From positions 8,482-72,481 of the forward strand of contig DATAVA010000026.1 in NCBI GenBank assembly GCA_036267975.1: a DNA stretch of 64,000 bases. The letters run 5' to 3'. Below are positions 9,733 to 19,249 of the stretch, piece after piece. This DNA is from Steroidobacteraceae bacterium (lineage in GTDB: Bacteria > Pseudomonadota > Gammaproteobacteria > Steroidobacterales > Steroidobacteraceae). The notes under the pieces are model-generated. The model saw nothing but the letters and a program-made list of their open reading frames with translations, was not told the DNA's origin and searched no databases. Within the stretch, counting starts at the first letter, position 1; each line of letters begins with the position of its first letter. Position numbers and translations under genes: made by a program.

Positions 9733-10497
9733 CTACATCTGGTGGGTATCCATGCAGACGTTTTCTTTCAGATTCATTCCCGGCTGACGCTTCAGGGTGA
9801 ACTTCGTCGTCCACGGTGCGGTGTAGAAGTCCGGGTCCGTGATCGTCACTGATGCATTGATGGTCGAAGGATCACTCAATACATAGCGCTCCTGCACCGT
9901 CAGCTTCTCGCCGTGCGGCAGCCCGGTGTAGTCCAGCCAGGTCAGGTCATTGAATCCGACACTGTCGATGACCAGGGCCTTGCCTTCGAAATGCGCGCCA
10001 GGACTGCCCAGATAGGTGGGGTCCACGTCGGCCGCCGCCGGAGCCTTGTCCCAGTAAATGATGCGGAACGTATGATTGACCTCGTGCACGAAGCTCACGT
10101 TGCGCGTGGTCTGCAGGATCAGCAGCGGATAAGGCGCCAGCATCAGTCGTGGAATGCCCTGCATCAGGCAGCTGGAGACCGGATCGATCTTACGATCGCC
10201 ACTCTTTAGCGCGGCCATGTGCTGCGCGTATTCCTTCTTGCCGGCCGCGTTGAGCGGCGGCTCAGCCCCGGCAGCCGTGCGCAGGTGCCCGCCCGGCTTC
10301 GGGTTCAACCATTTGCCCGTAAAATTCGGCGTGCCTGCCGGCGGTTGTTCAAACAGCGGCGCCGCATCACTGGTCTGGGAGTCCGCGGCCGCGAACACCG
10401 GCGCGCTGGCGAGGATGGCCGGCACCGCCACCAGGCACAGGACGGTGAGCAGCCCGCGAACCTGCGCTGCGACCTTGAGGTTGATGTGTGTCATCAC
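9733..10497 (-). CDS. Secreted protein of unknown function, type-B member of duplicated module
   Basis: 254-aa ORF with a signal peptide. Blocks SCLMQGIPRLM, FVHEVNH, YLGSPGAHFEGKALVIDSVGFND. Its ATG overlaps the stop of 10494..11345 (ATGA). Confidence 0.8.
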   Translation of the reverse strand: MMTHINLKVAAQVRGLLTVLCLVAVPAILASAPVFAAADSQTSDAAPLFEQPPAGTPNFTGKWLNPKPGGHLRTAAGAEPPLNAAGKKEYAQHMAALKSGDRKIDPVSSCLMQGIPRLMLAPYPLLILQTTRNVSFVHEVNHTFRIIYWDKAPAAADVDPTYLGSPGAHFEGKALVIDSVGFNDLTWLDYTGLPHGEKLTVQERYVLSDPSTINASVTITDPDFYTAPWTTKFTLKRQPGMNLKENVCMDTHQM

Positions 10498-11345
10498 TTG
10501 GCCACCGAGATGCCATTCACGGGCGCATTACGATTGTTCTCCTCGCAGGAGTATTCGGCGATATGTATGTCGCCGCGCCAGGGATACAGTCGTTCCGCCG
10601 TCCAGGGCTTGGTGAAGTGCTCGGGGTCCTCGATGGTGATCAGATTGCGGATTTCGACCCCGCCGTACTTGTTGGTGAACTTGGTCATGCGTTCGGTCAC
10701 CTTCAGCTGCAGGCCGTGCGACAGCGACTCCTCATCGATCTGCGTGCGATCGTTGAAATGATCGGTGACGATGACCAGCGTATCGCCTTCCCAATGTCCT
10801 ACCGAGTACCCGAGGAAGGTTCGCGGCGTATCGGCCGGTGCGGGCTTGCCGTCCATATGGATGAACCGCACGTTGTGCGCGACTTCATGCAGGATCGTAA
10901 TCAGGCCCGGCGCGTAGACGAACTCGATCGGGTAGGGCGAGGCCATCAGGCGCGGGATCCCGTGCGGAAAGCACTGCGTCGGAGCATCCGCGATCGGCGT
11001 ACCGGCCTTCTCCATGTCCAGGTGATGCTGGCGGCTGGCTGCCTCAAGCGGGGTCAGCGGCAGCAGGCTTGCCGATTGGGCCGGCGACATCGGCCGATCC
11101 GTGACGGGACGGAAGGTGCGGTCGTAGCCGCGAGTCCACCACACGCCGGAGAAGTCACGTGGATCCGTCGGGGCCGGGTTCTTGTTCCACAGCGCCGCAG
11201 CTGCGGCGTTGCGCTTGTCCTGTGCTGCGGCACGCGCGGCGGGGTCACCGCCCTGTGCAGCACCCGGAGGTGGCGGGCCGTCCTGGGCAAACGATGCCGT
11301 CCAGAGTAGCGCGAAACTAACTGCCAGCCATGCCGATTGACGCAT
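10494..11345 (-). CDS. Secreted protein of unknown function, type-A member of duplicated module
   Basis: Start refined to ATG 11345 behind GGGGGAAAAC (MRQSAWLAVSFALLWTASFAQ). Blocks QCFPHGIPRLM, ILHEVAH, GYSVGHWEGDTLVIV, and it ends CEENNRNAPVNGISVAK. The upstream part of the ORF-track call has no coding character. Confidence 0.8.
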   Translation of the reverse strand: MRQSAWLAVSFALLWTASFAQDGPPPPGAAQGGDPAARAAAQDKRNAAAAALWNKNPAPTDPRDFSGVWWTRGYDRTFRPVTDRPMSPAQSASLLPLTPLEAASRQHHLDMEKAGTPIADAPTQCFPHGIPRLMASPYPIEFVYAPGLITILHEVAHNVRFIHMDGKPAPADTPRTFLGYSVGHWEGDTLVIVTDHFNDRTQIDEESLSHGLQLKVTERMTKFTNKYGGVEIRNLITIEDPEHFTKPWTAERLYPWRGDIHIAEYSCEENNRNAPVNGISVAK

Positions 11346-11599
11346 GTTTTCCCCCTTACAAAAGCGCATCGAGTATACCGCAACGGATCCGGGGATTACC
11401 GCAGTTGTCGGATCAACTGTGCAGTCGGCGTTGTGTAAGGAGGCAGAGACGCGGCCCACGCCACTGCGGCAATCGTGTCGTCCAGGGACAGTCCCGCAGC
11501 CGAGCGCACTATCGCCCGCACCCTGGGTCGCCAGCCGCCGCCGCGGGCGAGGCCGCCGGGCGGCCCATGGGCCCAGCAGGCCCGCCAGCACTACACGCG

Positions 11600-12322
11600 T
11601 CAGGCAGGTTCGGCCGCTGCAACACGCTGAGCGTGACTGCCGCTGCATTCGAGCACGCGGATCAGTTCATCCGTCGACAGCACGTCACCGAACAGGAACG
11701 CCATGTTTTCCAGCGTGGCGTTGTGCGCGGCATCCGTGAGCGCCGCATTGGCATCCGCCACGAAAAGGATCTTGTAGTTCATCTGCATGGCATCGCGGGC
11801 GGTGGACTCGCAACAGCAGTTCGACAGGGTCCCGGTGATGATCAAGGTGTCGATTCGCTGGCGTTGCAGAATTTCATGCAGGGGGCTGGCGCCGGGCACG
11901 AAGGCACCGAAGCGGAACTTGTCGACCTGCTCATCGTCATTGGCGACCTCCAGCGTGGGCCACAGCTGCCAGTAATGCGCGCCGCGTGTGAATGCCTGGG
12001 TGAGGGTCGTGCCGCTCTCGCGACTGTGCAGATGCGCGAACCAGTTCGACCAGCTGGCGCGTGAGTTTGCATCCACGGTCATGCGCAGGAAGATGTTCTT
12101 GCCGCCGTGGGCACGCACCGCGGCGCTGATCCGATTCACGTTCGGGACGATCTCGCGGGCAACGGGCACCTCGACCGGTGCGCCAGGTTCCATGAAGCCA
12201 TTCTGCAGATCCACGACGATGTGCGCGGTGCGTCGCAGGTCGAGCAGCTGGTAGGGGTGCAGCGTTCCACGCTGCGCCTCGATCATTTTCACCACCTCGG
12301 GGGATAGGGAAATCTTGTGCAC
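11600..12322 (-). CDS. Isochorismatase-family cysteine hydrolase
   Basis: HIVVDLQNGF...IDTLIITGTLSNCCCESTARDA...ILFVADA motifs. GTG 12322 lies 6 nt after AAGGAG. Confidence 0.8.
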   Translation of the reverse strand: MHKISLSPEVVKMIEAQRGTLHPYQLLDLRRTAHIVVDLQNGFMEPGAPVEVPVAREIVPNVNRISAAVRAHGGKNIFLRMTVDANSRASWSNWFAHLHSRESGTTLTQAFTRGAHYWQLWPTLEVANDDEQVDKFRFGAFVPGASPLHEILQRQRIDTLIITGTLSNCCCESTARDAMQMNYKILFVADANAALTDAAHNATLENMAFLFGDVLSTDELIRVLECSGSHAQRVAAAEPA

Positions 12323-12470
12323 GAGTGTCTCCTTTACCTTGCACCGCACATCTGCTGCTAGTCCAACATGGAAGCGCCAGTGCTGTAAAGCTGCGCTCCC
12401 GGCCGCTCGCATGCTCTATCATGCGCGACGTGCCGGATGCCTGTGTCGTGTACCTGTAGGGGGGGTCGAT

Positions 12471-13730
12471 ATGTCACAACGCCCGTCTGATTTTCTGGGA
12501 GGGCGCGCCTTCGCCATCGAAATGCGCACCCTGTTGCTGCTCGGCCTGGCGTGGGGCTTCGCCTACTGGGATCGGATGTCGATCACCTTCCTGTCGCCGT
12601 TCATCGTTCCGGAACTGCATCTCACCAATTTCGAATTGTCGGCGCTGCCCGCAGCGCTCGCATTCACCTGGGCCATCGGGGCATACCTGATCGGCTTCTG
12701 GTCCGACCGCACCGGCGCCCGCAAGCCGTTCCTGCTCGGCGCGCTGGTAGTGTTCTCGCTGTGTTCGGTACTGTCCGGACTGGCCACTTCATTCTGGAGC
12801 CTGTTCGCGGCCCGACTGGTGATGGGCGCCGTCGAAGGCCCGTTCCTGCCGATCTGCCTGGCCATCCTGGCCGCCGTCACCGCCGAGCGGCGCCGGGGCC
12901 TGAACGCCGGCATTACCCAGAATTTTTTCGGCTCCGTCATCGGCACGACCCTGGCGCCCATCGTACTGGTGCCGCTGGCCGTGGCCTACTCATGGCATGC
13001 CGCATTCTACCTCTCCGGAGTGCCCGGGCTGATCCTGGCGTTGCTGATCTGGTGGCTGGTGGATGAACCGCCCCGGGCAGCGGTGTTGTCCCCGGCGCAA
13101 GCGACAAGGGAGCCATCCGCTTCGGTGTGGGCCATGTTGGCGAATCGCAATATCGCTCTGTGCTGCGGCATCAGCATTCTGATGGTCGGCTCGCTGGTCA
13201 TCGGATCCATCTTCCTGCCGCAGTACCTCATCAGTGGCCTGCACGTGTCCCCGCAGGTGATGGCGCACATCATGGCCGTCCTCGGTTTCTGTCCGGCAAT
13301 CGGCGGGGTATTCGGGCCGTGGCTGTCGGACCGGTTTGGTCGCCGGCCCGTCATGATCGGGTTCTGCGTGCTGATGGCGCTATGCCCGGCCGCGGTTCTG
13401 ATGATCAATGGATCGGTGGTGTTGATGACGACGCTGATGGCGGTCAGTTGGATCGGCGCCGGCTCCTTCCCGCTGTTCATGGGCGTCGTTCCCGCCGAAA
13501 CCCTCGCCTTCAGACGTGCGGCAACCGCGATGGGGCTCGTCATTGGCGTGGGCGAGATTGGCGGCGGCGTCTTAAGCCCACTCGTGGCAGGCAAGCTGGC
13601 GGATCTGTTCAGCCTGGCAGCGCCATTGATATTCCAGGGCATCATTCCACTGGTTGCCGCAGTACTTGCCCTGGGGCTGCGCGAGACCAACCCACGATTC
13701 GCCCTCAGGGCCGTCGCGCAGGGCGCTTGA
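12471..13730 (+). CDS. MFS transporter
   Basis: ATG 12471 lies behind TAGGGGGGG. About 12 hydrophobic helices. The SDRTGARKP loop is typical of the MFS motif A region. Confidence 0.85.
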   Translation: MSQRPSDFLGGRAFAIEMRTLLLLGLAWGFAYWDRMSITFLSPFIVPELHLTNFELSALPAALAFTWAIGAYLIGFWSDRTGARKPFLLGALVVFSLCSVLSGLATSFWSLFAARLVMGAVEGPFLPICLAILAAVTAERRRGLNAGITQNFFGSVIGTTLAPIVLVPLAVAYSWHAAFYLSGVPGLILALLIWWLVDEPPRAAVLSPAQATREPSASVWAMLANRNIALCCGISILMVGSLVIGSIFLPQYLISGLHVSPQVMAHIMAVLGFCPAIGGVFGPWLSDRFGRRPVMIGFCVLMALCPAAVLMINGSVVLMTTLMAVSWIGAGSFPLFMGVVPAETLAFRRAATAMGLVIGVGEIGGGVLSPLVAGKLADLFSLAAPLIFQGIIPLVAAVLALGLRETNPRFALRAVAQGA

Positions 13731-13786
13731 TTCGCGGCCGCTGCCGCATCAGGTGCAGTTAGCTGATTTTACGAGGGGACATCGAC

Positions 13787-14350
13787 ATGAATCAACTTGG
13801 GAAGTACACCCGTAGCAGCGCCATCTCCGCGGGTCTCGCACTCGGCGCAGCCGTACTCGCGGCGGTGCTCTCCGTGAAGCCCGCGTCGGCCGAGCAGCCC
13901 GCGACGACACTGCAGACGCTGCTCGACAAACAGTCCATCCAGGACATGCTCGTGGAGTACTACGCACATCTGGGTGCGGACGAGAAGGACTTCGGCGCCT
14001 ACTATCTGCCCGACGGCGTCATCGATGTGAATGGCCTCAAGGGGCAGGGCGAAGCGGCCATCAATGATGTCTACAAGAAGGTCGCGGCGGGCACTCCGAA
14101 GCGTCCGGGGACCTTTCGCATGCTGCTGACGAATGTCCGCATCGTGGTCAATGGCAACACCGCGGCGGCGCAGACGCTGTGGACGGGAATCAATTCGCCG
14201 ACCAAGACTGCCGCGCCGGTTTTTGTTGAGCAAGGCACCGAACGCGATGACCTCGTGAAGGTCAACGGGCACTGGCTGTTCAAGCTGCGGATCATCACCA
14301 GCAACGCCGGCATGCAGGCGATGTTCGCGAAACCCGGAAAAGCAGAGTAG
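13787..14350 (+). CDS. SnoaL/NTF2-like fold protein with signal peptide
   Basis: 187-aa ORF. The signal peptide ends SAEQP. IQDMLVEYYAHL...VNGHWLFKLR is typical of SnoaL_4-like proteins. Confidence 0.65.
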   Translation: MNQLGKYTRSSAISAGLALGAAVLAAVLSVKPASAEQPATTLQTLLDKQSIQDMLVEYYAHLGADEKDFGAYYLPDGVIDVNGLKGQGEAAINDVYKKVAAGTPKRPGTFRMLLTNVRIVVNGNTAAAQTLWTGINSPTKTAAPVFVEQGTERDDLVKVNGHWLFKLRIITSNAGMQAMFAKPGKAE

Positions 14351-14361
14351 GGATACAAGTA

Positions 14362-14390
14362 GCAGGCATGACGATGACGTTCATGCCTGC
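14362..14390. terminator. Hairpin between convergent genes
   Basis: Perfect 10-bp stem GCAGGCATGA / TCATGCCTGC with a 9-nt loop, between stops at 14350 and 14414. No U-tract. Confidence 0.4.
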
Positions 14391-14413
14391 CACGGCCAGC
14401 TGTCGGGTGAGCC

Positions 14414-14929
14414 TTACTTGCCCTCGACGATGGCCTTCATGTTGGCCAGTGCGCCAGTGAAGGCCTTGGTGCGACTGTCGCGATCCTTGGCTTTCGCTTC
14501 GTCGGTGGTCTGCGCCGCCTGGTCCCAGATCAGATTGTAGAGAATCTTCGATTTGCCCTTGCCGTCCGCGACCACCTCCAGCGTGCCGTGGTAGAGGATG
14601 GTGGTGTTCGGCTGAGTGTAGGTATAGGAGTGGGCCGTCTTGGCCACCATCACCTCATCCACGCCATTCTTGCCAAAGGCCAGATGTCGCACTGACCCGA
14701 CGTCACCGCTGCCTGAAGTCAGGGTGCACGGGGCTTTCAGCCACGCCTGTATGTCGCAGAACCCGCCGATCTTCTTCCACACCACATCCACCGGTGCATC
14801 GACGACGGTGTTGAGGTTGACGACGGCGTAGTCCGCGGCAGGTGCAGCATCGGCGGCGAATGCGCCCGTTGAGCACAGCGCGATGCCCAGCACGCCCGCG
14901 GCGAGCAGGCCTTTTGATCTGAAGGTCAT
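14414..14929 (-). CDS. SRPBCC (START/polyketide-cyclase-like) family protein with signal peptide
   Basis: 171-aa ORF. VDAPVDVVWKKIGGFCDIQAWL and a C-terminal helix are typical of the SRPBCC fold. Confidence 0.7.
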   Translation of the reverse strand: MTFRSKGLLAAGVLGIALCSTGAFAADAAPAADYAVVNLNTVVDAPVDVVWKKIGGFCDIQAWLKAPCTLTSGSGDVGSVRHLAFGKNGVDEVMVAKTAHSYTYTQPNTTILYHGTLEVVADGKGKSKILYNLIWDQAAQTTDEAKAKDRDSRTKAFTGALANMKAIVEGK

Positions 14930-15016
14930 GAGACTCCCCCTGGTTGATATGCGTTCAGCGCTGCATCATGCCGGGGACGGCGGCAAGAGTCACCCCTGGG
15001 ACCTGCGGCGGGATGA

Positions 15017-16495
15017 TCACCCGCCGGTCGGCGCGCTCCATCCGAGTCCGAGACTCTTCTGCAATGCCACATAGTCCTCGGTGAGCTGCGCCAGCCCCTG
15101 CTGGTAGCTCAACTGCGCCTGCGTGCGCCGCGTGTCGGCATCCAGCACGTCCGTCGTGGCAGCCGTTCCGCCGCGCAGGCGCAGTTCGGTCAATCGATAG
15201 GATTCCTGCGCTGAGGCGCGGGCCAGGGCGAGGTCGGTGACGGCATCGCGCTGCTGACCGTAGCGGGCGAGGGCGGTCTCGGCATCGGCCAGCGCATTCA
15301 ACACCGTCTGGCGGTAATTCGCCTCGGCTTCATCGCGCGCCGCATTGGCCTGCGCCACGCGCGCGCGGTTGCGGCCGAAGTCCCACGGCGTCCACTGCAG
15401 CAGCGGTCCGGCCAGGTAGGTGAAGTTGCCGCTGTTGAACAGGTCTTGCGGGTGGGTCGCCGCAAAGCCGACGGTGCCGAGCAGACTGACCTTGGGAAAT
15501 TCGGCCGCCACACTCTGGCCAACGGCGGCGGTGTGCTGCGCCAGCTGGCGCTCCGCAACGCGGATATCGGGCCTGCGGCGCAGCAGCGCGGCCGGATCGC
15601 CGATGTTGGTGGTGGCCGGCGGGGCCGGCACCGGTCCGACGTTCGCCAGTTCCGTATCCAGTGCGCCGGGGGCGCGGGCGGTGAGGGCGGCCAAGCGATT
15701 GAGCTGCTCGGCAATCGTGGCATTGATCGCGGGCAGCATGGCGCGCGTCGTATCGAGTTGGTTGGTCACGCGTACCACATCCAGGTCCGTCGCCGCACCG
15801 CCGGCCCGCCGCAGCTTCATCAGCTCGACCAGGTGCGACTCGATGTCGATGTTCTGCTGGGTCAGCTGCAGGCGCTGGCGGCCATCGCACAGTGCGACGT
15901 ATGACTGCGCGACCTCGGCGGTGAGGGTGACGATGGCATCCGCCTCATGGGCTTCGGAAGCATCAACGGTCGCGGCAGCGCCTTCGACCGCGCGCCGGTT
16001 GCCGCCGAAGAAATCCAGCTCCCAGGTCGCGTCAAAACCGACCACGTAGAGGTTCAGGCCGCCACCACCGGAAGTGCCGGAGGAACCGCTTTGCGAGCTG
16101 CCCGCACCGCTCCCCGCCTCACTCGAGCTGCCACCGCCGAGCAGCGAGCTGATATTGGCGGTGCGCAGATAGGCTGCCGTGGCACCGGTCGTGGGCAGAC
16201 CGGTCGCCGTCTGCTGGCGCAGGTTGGCGCGCGCTTCGCGCACGCGCGCCCGAGCGATATCCACTCCCGGGTTGGTGGCGAGGGTTTCCTCGATGAGGTG
16301 GTTCAGTTCCGGGTCGCCCAATGCAGTCCACCACTGTGCCGTCGGTGGGGTGGTGGCGGAACTGCCATCGGCGCGCATGAACGTCTTGTCAGTGGCGGTG
16401 ACTGCGGGGGCGCCGTGATAGTCCGGCCCGACCATGCAGCCGGCAAGGCTCAGTGCGATGCTGGCGGTGAGAGCGTAATACTTGATGGATGACAT
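15017..16495 (-). CDS. Efflux outer-membrane lipoprotein, NodT family
   Basis: Lipobox LSLAGC. WW..LGDPELN..I and duplicated OEP repeats. Last gene of the EmrAB-like operon. Confidence 0.9.
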   Translation of the reverse strand: MSSIKYYALTASIALSLAGCMVGPDYHGAPAVTATDKTFMRADGSSATTPPTAQWWTALGDPELNHLIEETLATNPGVDIARARVREARANLRQQTATGLPTTGATAAYLRTANISSLLGGGSSSEAGSGAGSSQSGSSGTSGGGGLNLYVVGFDATWELDFFGGNRRAVEGAAATVDASEAHEADAIVTLTAEVAQSYVALCDGRQRLQLTQQNIDIESHLVELMKLRRAGGAATDLDVVRVTNQLDTTRAMLPAINATIAEQLNRLAALTARAPGALDTELANVGPVPAPPATTNIGDPAALLRRRPDIRVAERQLAQHTAAVGQSVAAEFPKVSLLGTVGFAATHPQDLFNSGNFTYLAGPLLQWTPWDFGRNRARVAQANAARDEAEANYRQTVLNALADAETALARYGQQRDAVTDLALARASAQESYRLTELRLRGGTAATTDVLDADTRRTQAQLSYQQGLAQLTEDYVALQKSLGLGWSAPTGG

Positions 16496-16498
16496 GGC

Positions 16499-18070
16499 TT
16501 AGGTGCGGACCGGTTGATTGATGGATTTTGGCGCGCGCAGCATGAGCAGCAACGGCATCATCACCAGCAGCCCCACGCCGAGTATCCAGAAGCAGTCCGA
16601 AAAGGTCATGACCATGGCCTGTTGATGGATCTGTGCGGCCAGCGAGGCGATCGCCGACTTCTGGCCCAAGGCCAGGTCCCCGGACTGTGCGGCAAATACC
16701 GAGGCCTGCTCGGCCAGCAGGTCCTGCAGCAGCACCGAATTCGCGTTCACCGACTCGCGGATGGCATCGGCATGAACTTCGGTGCGTCGATCGATGAACA
16801 CCCCCATCAGCGCAAGCCCTACTGTGCCGCCGAGATTGCGCGCCATGTTGAACAGGCCCGCGGCATCGGCGGTCTCCGCGCGGGAGACTGCGCCCACGGA
16901 AATCTGGTTCAAGGGCATGAACGAGAAGATCTGTCCGATGCCGCGCAGCAGCTGCGAGGCGATGAAGTCGCGACCGCTGGACTGCGCGGTGAGATGGATA
17001 TCGATGAAGCAGCTGAGGGCGAAGCAGATCAGTCCGAAGCCCACCACCAGCTTCACGTTGCCCACGCGCAGGATGCGTGGCAGCACGGGCATCAGCGCGA
17101 AGGCCGGCAGCCCGGAGAGCGCCAGGATCAGGCCCGACTGGAAGGAGTTGTAGCCGGCCACGCCGCTTAGGAACTGCGGCAGTACGTACAGGATGTTGTA
17201 CAACACCATGCCAATGGTGATCACGATCAGGATCACGCTGGCGTAGGTGAAGTTCTTGAGCAGCCGCAGCTTCAGAACGGGGCGTTTGCTGGTGAACTGG
17301 GTGATACCGAGTATCGTCAGCCCCAGCACCGCAAGGACCGACAGGATGCGGATCACGCTGGAATCAAACCACTGATCGCGCTGCCCTTCCTCCAGCACCA
17401 CGGTCAGGCAGCTCAGACCGATCGACATGCCAATGATGCCGGCCCAGTCGGCCTCCACCAGTTCGTGAATGTTGGCCTTCTTGTGCGGCACGCCCAGCAG
17501 CAGCAGGCTGATCAGGCCGATGGCCACGGGCACGTTGATGAAGAAGCACCACTGCCAGCTGCCATGCTCGGTCAGCCAACCGCCCAGCACCGGGCCCATC
17601 AGCGGACCCAGCAGCACGATGAGGCCGAACATGGTCATGCCGACCGGAATCTGGTGCTCCGGCAGGCGGGTTCGGACGATCGTCTGCGCAGTCGGGATCA
17701 GGGCGCCGCCGAAGAAGCCCTGGCCCACCCGACCGATCACCATGGTGGTCAGGTCGTGACTGGCACCGCACATGACCGAGAAGACGGTGAACAGAATGGC
17801 GCAAGTGAGCAGGAGGGTGCGCATCCCGAGCATTCGCGACAGCCACGCGGTGAGTGGAATCATCACCACTTCACTGACCAGGTAGCCGGTGGCGATCCAG
17901 GTGCCCTCGGTGCCCGTCGCGCCGATTTCTCCCTGGATCTGCGGCAGTGCCGAGTTGACGATTGAAATATCCAAGGTCGCAATCAGGGCGCCCAGCGCGC
18001 CCGCGATGACCGCGATCCAGTCCTGCGGGGTCGCATTCGGCTCGGCGTGTGCCACTTTGGCCGCGCTCAT
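16499..18070 (-). CDS. DHA2-family MFS drug efflux permease (EmrB/QacA type)
   Basis: 523 aa, 14-TMS pattern. N-terminal LDISIVNSALPQIQGE is typical of EmrB. Starts 3 nt after the HlyD gene. Confidence 0.9.
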   Translation of the reverse strand: MSAAKVAHAEPNATPQDWIAVIAGALGALIATLDISIVNSALPQIQGEIGATGTEGTWIATGYLVSEVVMIPLTAWLSRMLGMRTLLLTCAILFTVFSVMCGASHDLTTMVIGRVGQGFFGGALIPTAQTIVRTRLPEHQIPVGMTMFGLIVLLGPLMGPVLGGWLTEHGSWQWCFFINVPVAIGLISLLLLGVPHKKANIHELVEADWAGIIGMSIGLSCLTVVLEEGQRDQWFDSSVIRILSVLAVLGLTILGITQFTSKRPVLKLRLLKNFTYASVILIVITIGMVLYNILYVLPQFLSGVAGYNSFQSGLILALSGLPAFALMPVLPRILRVGNVKLVVGFGLICFALSCFIDIHLTAQSSGRDFIASQLLRGIGQIFSFMPLNQISVGAVSRAETADAAGLFNMARNLGGTVGLALMGVFIDRRTEVHADAIRESVNANSVLLQDLLAEQASVFAAQSGDLALGQKSAIASLAAQIHQQAMVMTFSDCFWILGVGLLVMMPLLLMLRAPKSINQPVRT

Positions 18071-18072
18071 GA

Positions 18073-19155
18073 TTACCGACCGTCAGTGCGGGTATCGACT
18101 TCGGCGCTGACCGACAGCCCAGGCACCAGCCGTCCGAGGACATCCTTGGGCGGCGCCAGCTTGATGCGCACCGGCACGCGCTGCACGATCTTGATGAAGT
18201 TGCCAGTGGCATTCTCCGGCGGCAACAGCGCGAACTGCGCGCCCGTGCCGGGTGCGAAGCTTTGGACAGTGCCGGGGATGGCCTCATCGCCCAGCGCGTC
18301 TACCTTCACGCTTGCCTTCTGTCCCACGCGCATGCGGCGCACCTGGGTCTCCTTGTAGTTGGCGACCAGGTAGACCTCCTGCACCGGTACCACCGACATG
18401 AGCCGCGTGCCCGGCTGCACGAACTGGCCTACCTGGGCGGTCTTATCGCCGATGCGGCCGTCGATGCTGGCACGCACGATGGTGTCGTCGAGATTCAGCT
18501 GTGCGGTGTGCGAGGCGGCCTTGGCACCTTCCAGCTGGGCGCGCACCTGGTTCATCTGGCTGCGGATGGTCACGAGCTGGCGCTCGGCCACCTTGACATT
18601 GGCCTCGGCGCCCAGCACCGCCGCGGCGGTCTGGTTGCGCTGGTTGAGGGCCTGGGCGTAGCGCTCGTCAGTCTCGACGCCCTGGTCGCGCAGCCCCTTG
18701 TAGCGATCCGATTCTTCGCGGGCGTACCTGGCGTTGGCTTCCGCGCCCACCAGCTGCGCGCGGGCCGACTCCACGGCGGCTTCCTGTTGCGTGATCTGGC
18801 TTTGCGCGGCTTCGATGTCCGCATTGCGGGCATCGACGGTCGCATCCTGCTGGTTCAGGACTGCCTTGTAGTTGCGCAGATCGATGCGCACCAGCGGATC
18901 CCCGGCCTTTACGGCCTGGTCATCGACCACGTAGATCTGTTGGATGTAGCCGCTGACCCGTGGCGCGACCGTCACCGTGTCGGCGCGCAGATACGCATCA
19001 TCGGTAGTTTCGATGAAGCGGCCGTACACCAGCCAGCGCACCCCGAAGCCGATACCGATGATCGCAATGACGGTCAGCACGATGAACAGCACGGTACGGA
19101 TGCGTCGGTTTCCGTCACCGTTGGCCGGGGTCTCGGGGGCGGGTGCGTCAGCCAT
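18073..19155 (-). CDS. HlyD-family membrane fusion protein (EmrA type)
   Basis: 360 aa with a single N-terminal TM, a long coiled-coil region and TDDAYLRADTVTVAPRVSGYI. Confidence 0.9.
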   Translation of the reverse strand: MADAPAPETPANGDGNRRIRTVLFIVLTVIAIIGIGFGVRWLVYGRFIETTDDAYLRADTVTVAPRVSGYIQQIYVVDDQAVKAGDPLVRIDLRNYKAVLNQQDATVDARNADIEAAQSQITQQEAAVESARAQLVGAEANARYAREESDRYKGLRDQGVETDERYAQALNQRNQTAAAVLGAEANVKVAERQLVTIRSQMNQVRAQLEGAKAASHTAQLNLDDTIVRASIDGRIGDKTAQVGQFVQPGTRLMSVVPVQEVYLVANYKETQVRRMRVGQKASVKVDALGDEAIPGTVQSFAPGTGAQFALLPPENATGNFIKIVQRVPVRIKLAPPKDVLGRLVPGLSVSAEVDTRTDGR

Positions 19156-19249
19156 GGCAGATCCTGTCAGAAGTATTCTGATCGCTAGATGTTGTCCGAC
19201 TGGAACTTTTGTGTCAAGTGGAATACATTACGGCCGAAGGAGAATCCCG

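Noticed and set aside
19156-19249. Possible TetR operator in the emrA/tetR divergent region (CAGAAGTATTCTG, and distant GTATTC/GAATAC words)
   Set aside because: Only 5 to 6-bp arms with inconsistent spacing. This cannot be distinguished from chance by eye.
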